Origin: Pseudomonadota bacterium
GTDB taxonomy: Bacteria > Pseudomonadota > Alphaproteobacteria > Sphingomonadales > Sphingomonadaceae
Assembly: GCA_023433305.1 (NCBI GenBank)
Contig: JAEZCZ010000120.1
Coordinates: forward strand, 8,136 to 72,135
Direction of reading: 5' to 3'
DNA: 64,000 nucleotides
Below are positions 1-9,998 of the stretch, piece by piece. Below the pieces are notes generated by a model. That model ran no database searches. It was not told the origin of the DNA and was given only the letters and a program-made list of their open reading frames with translations. Position 1 is the stretch's first letter; each line of letters begins with the position of its first letter. The position numbers and the translations under genes were made by a program.

Positions 1-223
1 CGAAATGGGCTACCAGGGCGAGATCAAGGCGACCGGCGACGTGCTGGTCGATCTGATCTGGTTCATGCGTCGCTGCGGGTTCGACAGCTTCGCGCCGAAC
101 GTGCCGCTCAACCCGGCCGACGTGGAGTCCGTGCTCAATCGCTATCCGCACGTCTATCAGCATGCGGCGGATGACGCCGTGCCGATCTGGAAGCTGCGCC
201 ACCCGGACCTGGCCGATGGCTAG
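1..223 (+). CDS. DUF934-family protein (sulfite-reduction associated), 3' end only; the gene begins upstream of the window
   Basis: The open frame runs off the 5' edge. The tail ...GDVLVDLIWFMRRCGFDSF...NRYPHVYQ resembles DUF934 proteins found beside sulfite reductase and cysH. The TAG stop at 221-223 overlaps the cysH ATG (ATGGCTAG). Confidence 0.55.
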   Translation, partial: EMGYQGEIKATGDVLVDLIWFMRRCGFDSFAPNVPLNPADVESVLNRYPHVYQHAADDAVPIWKLRHPDLADG

Positions 224-1001
224 TCGCGCCATCGACATTATCGATACCCGGCCGAGCTTCACCCAGGCCGATGCGGACGCGCTCAATGCGCGCTTCGCGG
301 GCGTCGAGGTGGGGGCGATGCTGCGCGAGCTGTTCGCGGAAGGGACGCTCGGCCGCGTCGCGGTGGTATCTTCGTTCGGTACCGAGAGCGCCGTTCTGCT
401 GCATCTCGTGGCGCAAGCCGATCCAGGGACGCCGGTGATCTTCGTCGATACGCTGAAGATGTTCCAGGAGACGCTCGACTACCGCGAAGAGCTGACCCGG
501 CAACTGGGGCTGAGGAACTCGTCGGTCGTGCAACCCGATCCCGCGATGCTTGCCGCCAAGGACGAGAACGGGCTGCGCTGGTCGTGGGACCCCGACGGCT
601 GCTGCGAGATCCGCAAGGTCGAGCCGCTGCGGCGCGCCAAGCAGGGTCTCGATGCGTGGATTTCGGGCCGCAAAGCGTTCCAATCGGTCACCCGACAGAA
701 CCTGCCGCGGTTCGAGATCGAGGACGGCCGGCTCAAGGTGAACCCGCTCGGGGACTGGACCAAGGCCGATCTCGACGCGTACTTCGAGGCGCACGACCTG
801 CCGCGTCATCCGCTCGAGGCCAAAGGCTATCTCTCAGTCGGCTGCGAGCCGTGCACTAGCACGGTCAAGCCCGGCGAAGACCCACGTGCGGGCCGCTGGC
901 GTGGTTGGGACAAGGTCGAGTGCGGCATTCACTCGCCGAACAATCCCGCGAACGGTCCCGACGAAGGTGAGCTGCCGCCGGGATACGAGCCCGCCTTTTA
1001 G
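216..1001 (+). CDS. cysH: adenylyl-/phosphoadenylyl-sulfate reductase, Fe-S cluster type
   Basis: ORF 162..1001 trimmed to ATG 216 (MASRAIDII). Motifs: SSFGTESAVLLHL, DGCCEIRKVEPL, SVGCEPCT and KVECGIH. These are the CC...CxxC cluster cysteines and the ECGxH catalytic motif. Confidence 0.9.
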   Translation: MASRAIDIIDTRPSFTQADADALNARFAGVEVGAMLRELFAEGTLGRVAVVSSFGTESAVLLHLVAQADPGTPVIFVDTLKMFQETLDYREELTRQLGLRNSSVVQPDPAMLAAKDENGLRWSWDPDGCCEIRKVEPLRRAKQGLDAWISGRKAFQSVTRQNLPRFEIEDGRLKVNPLGDWTKADLDAYFEAHDLPRHPLEAKGYLSVGCEPCTSTVKPGEDPRAGRWRGWDKVECGIHSPNNPANGPDEGELPPGYEPAF

Positions 1002-1025
1002 TCGAACCCTGGACGAACGAGACGT

Positions 1026-2870
1026 CTAGGCGCCTCGTTCCGTTTCAATCCACTGATCGATCCGCTGCTCAAGCAGGTCGAGCGGCAGAGCGCCACCGCC
1101 GAGCACGACGTCATGGAATGCCTTGATGTCGAAGTCGGCGCCGAGCGCTGCTTCCGCTTTCGCTCGCAGCTCCTGGATCTTCAGCATGCCGATCTTGTAG
1201 CTCGTGGCTTGCCCCGGCCAGACGATGTAGCGCCGCACTTCCGACCGGATCGATTCCAGGGGTTCGGGCGAATTCGCCTGGAAGAACTCGATGGCCTGCT
1301 GCTCGGTCCAGCCTTTGGAATGGAGGCCGGTATCGACCACGAGGCGGATGGCGCGCCAGATTTCTGACGAAAGCTGACCGAACCGGGAATAGGGATCCTG
1401 GTAGGTGTTGGGCATCTCCTTTGCCAGGACTTCGGAATAGAGGCCCCACCCTTCCGAATAGGCGCTCAGGCCATACTGTGTCCGGAACAGCGGCAGGCCT
1501 TCGAGTTCCTGCGCGATCGAGATTTGCATGTGGTGGCCTGGAAGCCCCTCGTGATAGGCGATCACCTCCAGTTGATTTTTCGGCATCGCGGTCATGTCCG
1601 AAAGATGCGCGTAGTAGACGCCCGGGCGCGAACCGTCTGGAGTGCCGGACTGGTAGTGCTGGGCCGCGCCGTCTTGCTCGCGGAAAGGCTCCACCCGCTT
1701 CACCACCAGATCGGCCTTGGGCAAGAGACCGAAGTAGTTGGGCAGTTCGCGCTCGATGTTCTCGATCGCCGCGGTGGCGTCGCCGATATAGGCTTGGCGG
1801 CCTTCATCGGTGTCGGGGTAGAAGTTCCAATCGGCCGTCTCGATGTGCTTGAAGAAGGCTTGCAGATCGCCTTCGAAGCCGACTTCCTGCCTGATGGCTT
1901 CCATCTCGCCGCGAATGCGTGCGATTTCGTCGAGCCCGATCTGGTGGATCTGGTCGGCGGTCAGATCAGTCGTCGTGCTCGCTTTGAGCCGGTGGTTGTA
2001 AAAGGCGAGGCCGTTCTCGAGCGCGCCTACTCCCGTCGCGACTTTGGCGGCGTTGACCGCATCGGCTTCCATGAAAGCAATCAGCTTGTCGTAGCCGGCC
2101 TTATAGGACGTCTTGAGCGCGGTCTCGAGCTGGGCCTGCAATTGCTCCGCCTCGGCTTCGGTTATGGCGTCCTTTTCGACGAGCGCAGCGATCTTGGCTT
2201 TGCCGTCGGACCAAAGTGCAGTGTCGGCGCCAGCTCCGAACGGCGCCCCTCCGATGAGCTTCTTCGCCTCCTCGATGACGGATTCGTAAGCGAAATAGGG
2301 TGGCCGCACTCCATTCGCGGCGTTGCTTCGGGCGCGATCGACCAACTGCGAAAGGACCCGGTCGAACTGCCCAACGCGAGCGATGTAGGCCGCCATATCG
2401 TCACGCGTATCGACGCGGTGGATATTGATCATGAAGGTCGGCAGGAACGTGTGCTGACCCTGCATCTGCGTGAAGATGTAGCTGTAACCGCGCCACGCTG
2501 CGGCTTCCCGCGAACGTTCGACATCGTATTTCCAAAGGTCGTAGGAGAGCTTCGTGGCGGGATCGAGCGCATCGTAATCGAACGTCCGTTCCATCTCCTC
2601 GAGCGTAGCGACATACCACGCCAGTTGTTTGTCCTCTGCCTCGATCGACATGTCATCGAAGCGGTCCGACTGGTCCTTGCGTCCCAGGTAGGCCAGCGAG
2701 ATCGGCGAGAATTGCAGCTGCTCTTCGTACTTAGCTTCGAACCAGGCGTTGAGGCGTTCGCTTTCGTTCTGGACCTGAGCAGTCGCAGGCTGTTGCGCGA
2801 ATAAGGGCGCTGGGAGCGTGCCGGTTGCGACGATTGCAAGGGCGATGGCGGTCGAAAGCGGGCGACGCAT
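1026..2870 (-). CDS. DUF885 family secreted protein (metallopeptidase-like)
   Basis: ORF trimmed to MRRPLSTAIALAIVATG... (signal peptide). The HEGLPGHHMQ motif and the overall length are typical of DUF885. Confidence 0.8.
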   Translation of the reverse strand: MRRPLSTAIALAIVATGTLPAPLFAQQPATAQVQNESERLNAWFEAKYEEQLQFSPISLAYLGRKDQSDRFDDMSIEAEDKQLAWYVATLEEMERTFDYDALDPATKLSYDLWKYDVERSREAAAWRGYSYIFTQMQGQHTFLPTFMINIHRVDTRDDMAAYIARVGQFDRVLSQLVDRARSNAANGVRPPYFAYESVIEEAKKLIGGAPFGAGADTALWSDGKAKIAALVEKDAITEAEAEQLQAQLETALKTSYKAGYDKLIAFMEADAVNAAKVATGVGALENGLAFYNHRLKASTTTDLTADQIHQIGLDEIARIRGEMEAIRQEVGFEGDLQAFFKHIETADWNFYPDTDEGRQAYIGDATAAIENIERELPNYFGLLPKADLVVKRVEPFREQDGAAQHYQSGTPDGSRPGVYYAHLSDMTAMPKNQLEVIAYHEGLPGHHMQISIAQELEGLPLFRTQYGLSAYSEGWGLYSEVLAKEMPNTYQDPYSRFGQLSSEIWRAIRLVVDTGLHSKGWTEQQAIEFFQANSPEPLESIRSEVRRYIVWPGQATSYKIGMLKIQELRAKAEAALGADFDIKAFHDVVLGGGALPLDLLEQRIDQWIETERGA

Positions 2871-2995
2871 TAAATTCCCTCCAGGCTGGGCAGGCTGTGG
2901 CCGCAGCCAGAACCGCCTCGAAGAGCGTACGCTAACGCGCCGCGTACCATTACGAAAGTGGGAACGAATGAAACTTCTGCCCCGATTGCGGTGGA

Positions 2996-3904
2996 TTACA
3001 ACCAGCCTTGCTGGCGGTACCACCGCGCGGTGTCGGCAAGACCGAGTCGCGTTTCAATTTCGGCACGCCATAGCGCGGGCTGAGGAGCCCTGTCCGGACG
3101 GCTGACCCAGTCCGGGTGGCACATGTAGCCGACACGGTCCCGAGTCAGTTTTGCTCCGCCCCGGCGTACGCGACCGTCAAGCCACGAGGCAGCTTTCATG
3201 ACCGCGCGCGGCGTGGCGGGCGCCCAGACGCGCCGGCCCACCGCCTCGCCAATCGCCTTGGCCAATTCGAGATGACTCCAACCACCTTCTCGGCCGTCAT
3301 CCGGCTCCAGAATGGCGCCGGACACACTTTCCCCGCTCGGAACCAACGCGAGCAGGAGTCGTGCGAGATCGTGGACGTGAACGATAGACGCTCTGCCAGG
3401 AGGCGGCATGGGAACGACGCCCCAGCGCGCGGCCTTGAACAGCTCGAGGATCTCGCGGTCGCGCGGGCCGTAGATCGCGGGCGGGCGGACTATGGTCCAG
3501 TCGAGCCCGCTGGCTTGCACGACGTCTTCGGCGTGCCGTTTCGACTGCCCGTATCTCGAGAGATAGGGTTCACGAGCAGCGAGCGAAGAGACGAATACGA
3601 AGCGGCGAACTCCGGCTCGGCGCGCAACCTCGACCAGTGCCTCGGTGCCGGACACGTTTCCGAGGTGGAAGCCCATCGGATCCGGCGTGTTGACGACGCC
3701 TGCGATGTGCAGGACCGCGTCGGCCCCCTCTACGAGCCTGCGCAAGGCCTCTGTATCGGCGAGGTCGCCGCGAACCCACTCGACGCCCTCGCACGGCGCC
3801 TGCTGACGCCGTGCCAGCGCCTTCAGGGCAGCGCCGCGACGGCAAGCTTCCTCCACGAGCGCCTGGCCGACAAAGCCCGTGGCGCCGGTGACCGCAATCG
3901 TCAA
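2996..3904 (-). CDS. NAD(P)-dependent epimerase/dehydratase (extended SDR) family protein
   Basis: N-terminal Rossmann motif (M)TIAVTGATGFVG and a YxxxK-like YGQSK. TTG start at 3904 overlaps the proB stop (TTGA). Confidence 0.75.
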   Translation of the reverse strand: MTIAVTGATGFVGQALVEEACRRGAALKALARRQQAPCEGVEWVRGDLADTEALRRLVEGADAVLHIAGVVNTPDPMGFHLGNVSGTEALVEVARRAGVRRFVFVSSLAAREPYLSRYGQSKRHAEDVVQASGLDWTIVRPPAIYGPRDREILELFKAARWGVVPMPPPGRASIVHVHDLARLLLALVPSGESVSGAILEPDDGREGGWSHLELAKAIGEAVGRRVWAPATPRAVMKAASWLDGRVRRGGAKLTRDRVGYMCHPDWVSRPDRAPQPALWRAEIETRLGLADTARWYRQQGWL

Positions 3905-5034
3905 AGCAACACCAGCTGATCGCGGTGGATCACTGCCGAGCGCGGCGCGTAGCCGAGCAAAGTGGCGTGCTCGTCGCTGCGGCGGCCTTTGATGCGCTCG
4001 ATCTCGGCGGAATCGTATTCGGCTAGGCCTTGGGCGACCGATTTACCGCCCTCGTCGCGAACTCCGACCGGGTCGCCGCGCGTAAAATCGCCCTCGACGC
4101 CCAAGATGCCGCTTGCGAGCAGGCTCTTGCCCTTATGAAGCGCCCGAGCGCAGCCGGCGTCGACTACCAGCATTCCCTTGAGCCTCTGACGCCCACCGAG
4201 CCAGGCCTTGCGTGCGCGATCGCGGCGCGTGGGCAGAAACAGCGTGCCCGTGTCGCTGGCGATCGCGCGTTCCAGCGGGCGGTCGTGGGTGCCGTTGACG
4301 ATCGCGAGTGTGATCCCGGCGCGGGTGGCGATCTCGGCGGCCTGGAGCTTGGACTTCATACCCCCCGAGCCGAGACCCGAGGCCGAGTCGCCGGTCGCCA
4401 TGGCGTGGACGGCCTCGGTCACGCCGTCGACGCGGGTTAGGAGCTTTGCGCCCGCCTCGCGCGGGTCGCGATCGAACAGGCCGTCGACGTCGGAGAGGAG
4501 TACCACGGCATCGGCGCGCGCCGCTTGCGCCACGCGCGCCGCCAGGCGGTCGTTGTCGCCGAAGCGGATTTCGGCCGTGGCCACCGAATCGTTCTCGTTG
4601 ATCACCGGAATCGCGCCCGCGCCGAGCAGCCGGCCGAGCGTGGCCGCGGCGTTGAGGTAGCGACGGCGGTCCTCGAGATCCTCGAGCGTGAGAAGGAGCT
4701 GAGCCGCGGTCAAACCATGCGCACCAAGCAGCTCGCTCCACAGGCCTGCGAGTGCGATCTGGCCGACCGCAGCCGAGGCCTGAGCGTCGGCCAGCGAGCC
4801 GCGCCCGCCTTTCGCGAGCCCCAGCCTTGCGGCGCCGAGCGCGATTGCGCCTGAGCTCACCACGACGATCTGCTGCCCTTCGCGGCAGGCCTCGGCGATT
4901 TCGGCGGCCAAGGTCGCCAGCCAGTCGCGTCGCGGTTGCCCGTCGCGGCCGCATAACAGAGCCGAGCCCACCTTGAGCACCACGCGGGGCGCGAAGGCTG
5001 GGTTGCGGAGGTCGGCAAGGTGCTCGATCGACAT
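3901..5034 (-). CDS. proB: glutamate 5-kinase
   Basis: VVLKVGSALL amino-acid-kinase N-terminus and a C-terminal PUA-like region (VVDAGCARAL...GDPVGV). The start is uncertain: ATG 5034 (MSIEHL), or ATG 5070 which overlaps the obg stop as TGATG. Confidence 0.88.
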   Translation of the reverse strand: MSIEHLADLRNPAFAPRVVLKVGSALLCGRDGQPRRDWLATLAAEIAEACREGQQIVVVSSGAIALGAARLGLAKGGRGSLADAQASAAVGQIALAGLWSELLGAHGLTAAQLLLTLEDLEDRRRYLNAAATLGRLLGAGAIPVINENDSVATAEIRFGDNDRLAARVAQAARADAVVLLSDVDGLFDRDPREAGAKLLTRVDGVTEAVHAMATGDSASGLGSGGMKSKLQAAEIATRAGITLAIVNGTHDRPLERAIASDTGTLFLPTRRDRARKAWLGGRQRLKGMLVVDAGCARALHKGKSLLASGILGVEGDFTRGDPVGVRDEGGKSVAQGLAEYDSAEIERIKGRRSDEHATLLGYAPRSAVIHRDQLVLL

Positions 5035-5069
5035 CGCCGCGGCGTTAGCCGAGCTTGCGCCGGCCGTCA

Positions 5070-6264
<1,195 letters not shown>

Positions 6265-6368
6265 GTTCAGTGTCATGCGGCACGCCTAGGTGCCGCGAAG
6301 AGCGCGCCCCTTAGCGAATTGGATTGCCGCTTGAAAGGACAAATATCGGCTTCGGCGGGCCTTTCCCA

Positions 6369-7247
6369 CTACTCCGCCGGTTCTTCGGGCACGGGCTGCA
6401 CGATCGGTGTGTTCACGCCCTCGTCGGGGACGGCGACCAACGGGATACGGGCGCCCGTAGTCGGATCAGAAACACCCCCGACCGGAACCGGAGCGTTGAG
6501 GTTCACGAGCGTGGTAGCAAGGGTAGGCACACTGGCACCGTGCACCGCCACGTAGCCGGGCTGCGACGATCCGTAGCGGGCGCCGTACTGGGCATCCCAA
6601 GCGGCCGATGCGACGCGATACTGCTCGTATTCGCGGAAGAAGTTCTGGAAGACAGCCTCGATGCGCGGGAGATTGCCCGCGGCAAATTCCTTCGCGTCGT
6701 CGGGTTGGGTCTGCGCGAACTCGTTCGCAATCTGCAGCGCGACGTTGCAGAACTCTCCGCGCGCCGGCGGCAGCGCGAAGTAGTTGTAGACTTGCGTCAT
6801 GTAGGCTTCGCGCGCCTTGACCGCTTCGTTGCGCGAACCATGCTCCTTGCGGAAGCGCTGATCGATGGCGGTGTTCGTGCGCGTGAGCGTTCGCGCATAC
6901 TTCTTGAGGAAATCCCCATAGCCCTTGAGGATCGGTCCTTCGTTGGCCGGGTCGAGGCAATTCAACGCCGCGACGTTCCAGGCCGAGCGGAAATGCCACA
7001 GCGTGCTGTCTTCATCGAGATTGCTGTTGACCGTTACACGCAACCCGTCCGCCCCGAGGGGCGGCATGAACATCGCGTACTCGGCGCCGCTGGGCGGAAT
7101 CGGGCGATAGGGCACGGCTTCGACCACCGGCGGAGGCGGCGGCGGGGGTGGCGGCGGGGGTGGCGGGGGCGTCGCGCAAGCGGCGAGCACGGTCACGGCC
7201 GCGGCGACGGCCGTGTGCCTGATCCAATCGGGACGTTCGGAACTCAT
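6369..7247 (-). CDS. lipoprotein of unknown function with a poly-proline linker
   Basis: Signal peptide plus lipobox (VLAAC), then 14 consecutive Pro, then a globular region. No recognisable family. Confidence 0.7.
   Translation of the reverse strand: MSSERPDWIRHTAVAAAVTVLAACATPPPPPPPPPPPPPPVVEAVPYRPIPPSGAEYAMFMPPLGADGLRVTVNSNLDEDSTLWHFRSAWNVAALNCLDPANEGPILKGYGDFLKKYARTLTRTNTAIDQRFRKEHGSRNEAVKAREAYMTQVYNYFALPPARGEFCNVALQIANEFAQTQPDDAKEFAAGNLPRIEAVFQNFFREYEQYRVASAAWDAQYGARYGSSQPGYVAVHGASVPTLATTLVNLNAPVPVGGVSDPTTGARIPLVAVPDEGVNTPIVQPVPEEPAE
7128..7169 (-). repeat. 42-nt (CCN)14 tract encoding Pro14
   Basis: The plus strand reads an uninterrupted run of GGN triplets. Translation gives ...[22 protein letters not shown].... 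Confidence 0.9.
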
Positions 7248-7420
7248 CTCTTGCGCTGCTCCCCTCTCATGGGCGCGACCAGGATTATGCCTGCCCTCGC
7301 CTTGCGCGCTGATTAAGCGGCTAACCTACCGGTTCGGCGAGATAAAGAAAATGCCCGAGGTGCATATCTGCACCCCGGGCACACGATGAAACGAATCTGG
7401 CTTGCGATGATTCGCGCGCC

Positions 7421-8179
7421 CTACTCCCTCTGGCCCATGAAGCTGAGCAGGAACTGGAACATGTTGATGAAGTCCAGGTACAGGCTCAGCGCGCCGAGGA
7501 TGACGGCCTTCCCGGCGAAGTCGGTGCCGCGCAGGTACTGGTACTCGTTCTTCAGCCGCTGCGTGTCGTAGGCGGTGAGGCCCGCAAAGATCAGCACGCC
7601 GAGGAAGCTGACCGCCCACATCAGCCCGGGTGACTGCAGCCAGATGTTGAGCAGGCTGGCGATGATCAGGCCGACCACGCCCATGATGAGGAAGCTGCCG
7701 AAGCCCGACAGATCCTTCTTGGTGGTGTAGCCGAACAGGCTCAGGCCAGCGAAGGCGCCCGCGGTGGCGAAGAACGTCGCCGCGATCGAGCCGCCGGTAT
7801 AGACCAGGAACACCGTCGAGAGCGACAGGCCCATCAGCGTCGCGAAGCCCCAGAACATCGCCTGGAGCGCGCCGGTCGAGAACCGGTTGGCGCCGAAGCT
7901 CATCGCGAAGACGATCGCGAGCGGTGAAAGGATCACCACCCAGGCGAGAATCCCACCGCTCATGAACAGCTGGGCGGCCGGGGATTCGGCCCCGCCGCGC
8001 GAGAACAGCAAGGCGACGATGCCAGTCAGCAGGACGCCGCTGGTCATGTAATTGTAGATGGAAAGCATGTGGCGGCGCAGGCCCGCATCGAAAGTCGTGC
8101 GGGTGGTGACGTCGCCAGCCAGGCTCGGAGACGCTCCGAAACCCTGCCGGGTCGTTCGGGGGTCATTCCAGTCTGCCAT
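7421..8179 (-). CDS. Bax inhibitor-1/YccA family membrane protein
   Basis: Trimmed to MADWNDPRTT. Seven predicted transmembrane helices. Family-typical YNYMTSGVLLTG and C-terminal LYLDFINMFQFLL. Confidence 0.85.
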   Translation of the reverse strand: MADWNDPRTTRQGFGASPSLAGDVTTRTTFDAGLRRHMLSIYNYMTSGVLLTGIVALLFSRGGAESPAAQLFMSGGILAWVVILSPLAIVFAMSFGANRFSTGALQAMFWGFATLMGLSLSTVFLVYTGGSIAATFFATAGAFAGLSLFGYTTKKDLSGFGSFLIMGVVGLIIASLLNIWLQSPGLMWAVSFLGVLIFAGLTAYDTQRLKNEYQYLRGTDFAGKAVILGALSLYLDFINMFQFLLSFMGQRE

Positions 8180-8280
8180 CGATCCAAAACTCCGTTTTGA
8201 CGGCCTCACAGACGGGCCGCTTGACGCTCAATATCGGGGCATATCCCCGCGGTTTCAAGGAAAACCGGACGCTCGGGGCG

Positions 8281-9090
8281 TTAACTATTACGGCGGGCTT
8301 CGGCCGCCATTTCAGCGCTGCGATCGCGGGCCGCGCGCAAGGTCTTCTCCAGAAGTCTGGGAAGCGCGTCGCCCTCGTCCAGAGCGTCGAGGCCCGCCTG
8401 CGTGGTGCCGCCCGGGCTGGCCACGCGGCGCGCAAGTTCGCCCGGATCGTGCGGCGAGGTTGCGGCCAGCGCAGTTGCACCATCGACCATCGCGAGCGCG
8501 AGGCGCTTCGCCTGGGCCTCGGGCAGGCCCAGTTCGCTCGCCGCCGCGCCGAGCGCATCGATGAAGCGATAAACGAACGCGGGGCCGGATCCGGCCAGCG
8601 CGGTCACCAAGTCGAACTCCTCCTCGGCAATCCACTCCGGCGCGCCGAGCGATCCCAAGAACTCGAGAGCCGCGGCTTGCGCCTCCTCGTCCAGCCCCCG
8701 CGATGCCAGCGCCATCGGCGACTTGCCGAGCGCAGCCGCAAGATTGGGCATGACCCGCAGCAATCCGTCGGCGCGCGGAAACAGCTCCGCGAGCACGGCC
8801 AGTTCCACACCGGCGAGGATCGAGATCACCGTCGTCCCGGGCCCGGCGAGCGGTTCGACTTGCGGGGCGACGCCGGGCAAGAGCTGCGGCTTGATCCCGA
8901 GCAGGATCGCGTCGAACGCGCCGTCGGCCGGAATGGCGTCGAGCTTGCGGACACCTTCTGGGGCCGGGCGATCGGCGGGATCGGCGACGGTGAAGCGCGA
9001 CGGCGCCACCCCGCCTGCAATCCATCCCTGCAGCATCGCGCCGGCCATGTTGCCGCAGCCGACGAGAAGAAGGCGCTCGAATCGATTCAC
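8281..9090 (-). CDS. proC: pyrroline-5-carboxylate reductase
   Basis: GTG start at 9090 (VNRFERLLLVGCGNMAGAML, Rossmann fold). C-terminal SPGGTTQAGL signature. Confidence 0.88.
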   Translation of the reverse strand: MNRFERLLLVGCGNMAGAMLQGWIAGGVAPSRFTVADPADRPAPEGVRKLDAIPADGAFDAILLGIKPQLLPGVAPQVEPLAGPGTTVISILAGVELAVLAELFPRADGLLRVMPNLAAALGKSPMALASRGLDEEAQAAALEFLGSLGAPEWIAEEEFDLVTALAGSGPAFVYRFIDALGAAASELGLPEAQAKRLALAMVDGATALAATSPHDPGELARRVASPGGTTQAGLDALDEGDALPRLLEKTLRAARDRSAEMAAEARRNS

Positions 9091-9320
9091 GCCGCTTCCG
9101 ACCGCTCTGGTGTCATCTTTGCTGCATCCGCCTAATCGATTGGGTTTTTCCGGAATTTCCCCCAACCCACTGTTTTCTAAAGAAAAGATTGGAAGGCTGT
9201 GTAATCTTCCGCAATCGGGATTTCGGAACGGGCGGCAAGCCCATCGGGGCCCGAAATTCCGGTTGCCGGAGAGCGCTTGGCATACCGGCGACGAATAGGA
9301 AAGCGCCGGTGCAAGGCCGC

Positions 9321-9830
9321 TCAGGCCTCGCCCGCCGCATCAACCAGGGCGGCCTCCAGCGCCTCCTTCGGCTTCTTGTCGCCCCACAGGACGAACTGGA
9401 ACGCCGGATAGAACCGGTCGCATTCGGCGACCGCGCTCTCGACCGCGAGTTGGGCCATCGGCAGGCTGAGCAGCCCGTCGGCGCCGAGCGCGAGACCGTG
9501 GCGGTACAGCAGCACGCCGCCGTTAGACCAGATATCGAAGTGACCGAGCCAGAGCTGCTCGTTCACCAGCGCGAGCAGTTCGTAGGCGGCCTTGCGCTTC
9601 GCGTCGGGGACGCGAATTTCGGGCAGGCATAGCAATTGCAGGACCTTGTCCTCGTAGCGCCAGATGCCGCGCACTTGGTAGGTCGCCCAACTGCCCTGGA
9701 TCTCACCGCAGATCTCGTCGTCGTTGACGAATTCGCAGGGCCAGCCGTGCGCCTCGAACAACTGGGCGAGCATTTCCACGGGGGCAGCGTCGTCCGCTTC
9801 CTCGTTCGGCTCGCGCCCGATGTTCATCAT
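9321..9830 (-). CDS. YbjN domain-containing protein
   Basis: Starts MMNIGREPNEE... About 170 aa, acidic N-terminus, and YbjN-like core (WATYQVRGIWRYEDKVLQLL...LWLGHFDIW). The ybjN-proC pairing is common in alphaproteobacteria. Confidence 0.75.
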   Translation of the reverse strand: MMNIGREPNEEADDAAPVEMLAQLFEAHGWPCEFVNDDEICGEIQGSWATYQVRGIWRYEDKVLQLLCLPEIRVPDAKRKAAYELLALVNEQLWLGHFDIWSNGGVLLYRHGLALGADGLLSLPMAQLAVESAVAECDRFYPAFQFVLWGDKKPKEALEAALVDAAGEA

Positions 9831-9998
9831 TAATCGCCCATCCCTCTGCAACGGGTTTGCACATGCGATGACGCGGGCTTGCAGCGCAATCGCGGTTAAA
9901 GAACCGGCTGGGCAAAACTCGACAAGCCTGTTGGCAAGGTGTGCACAACCGGTGCGCAATCGAGGATGGTCCGCGGTCGGCGGAGCACCCGCTCGAGG

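Noticed and set aside
9150-9262. 10-bp terminal inverted repeats 113 bp apart, considered as a MITE.
   Set aside because: The complementarity does not extend beyond 10 bp. There is no target-site duplication and no second copy in the window. It is kept only as a possible RNA or operator structure.
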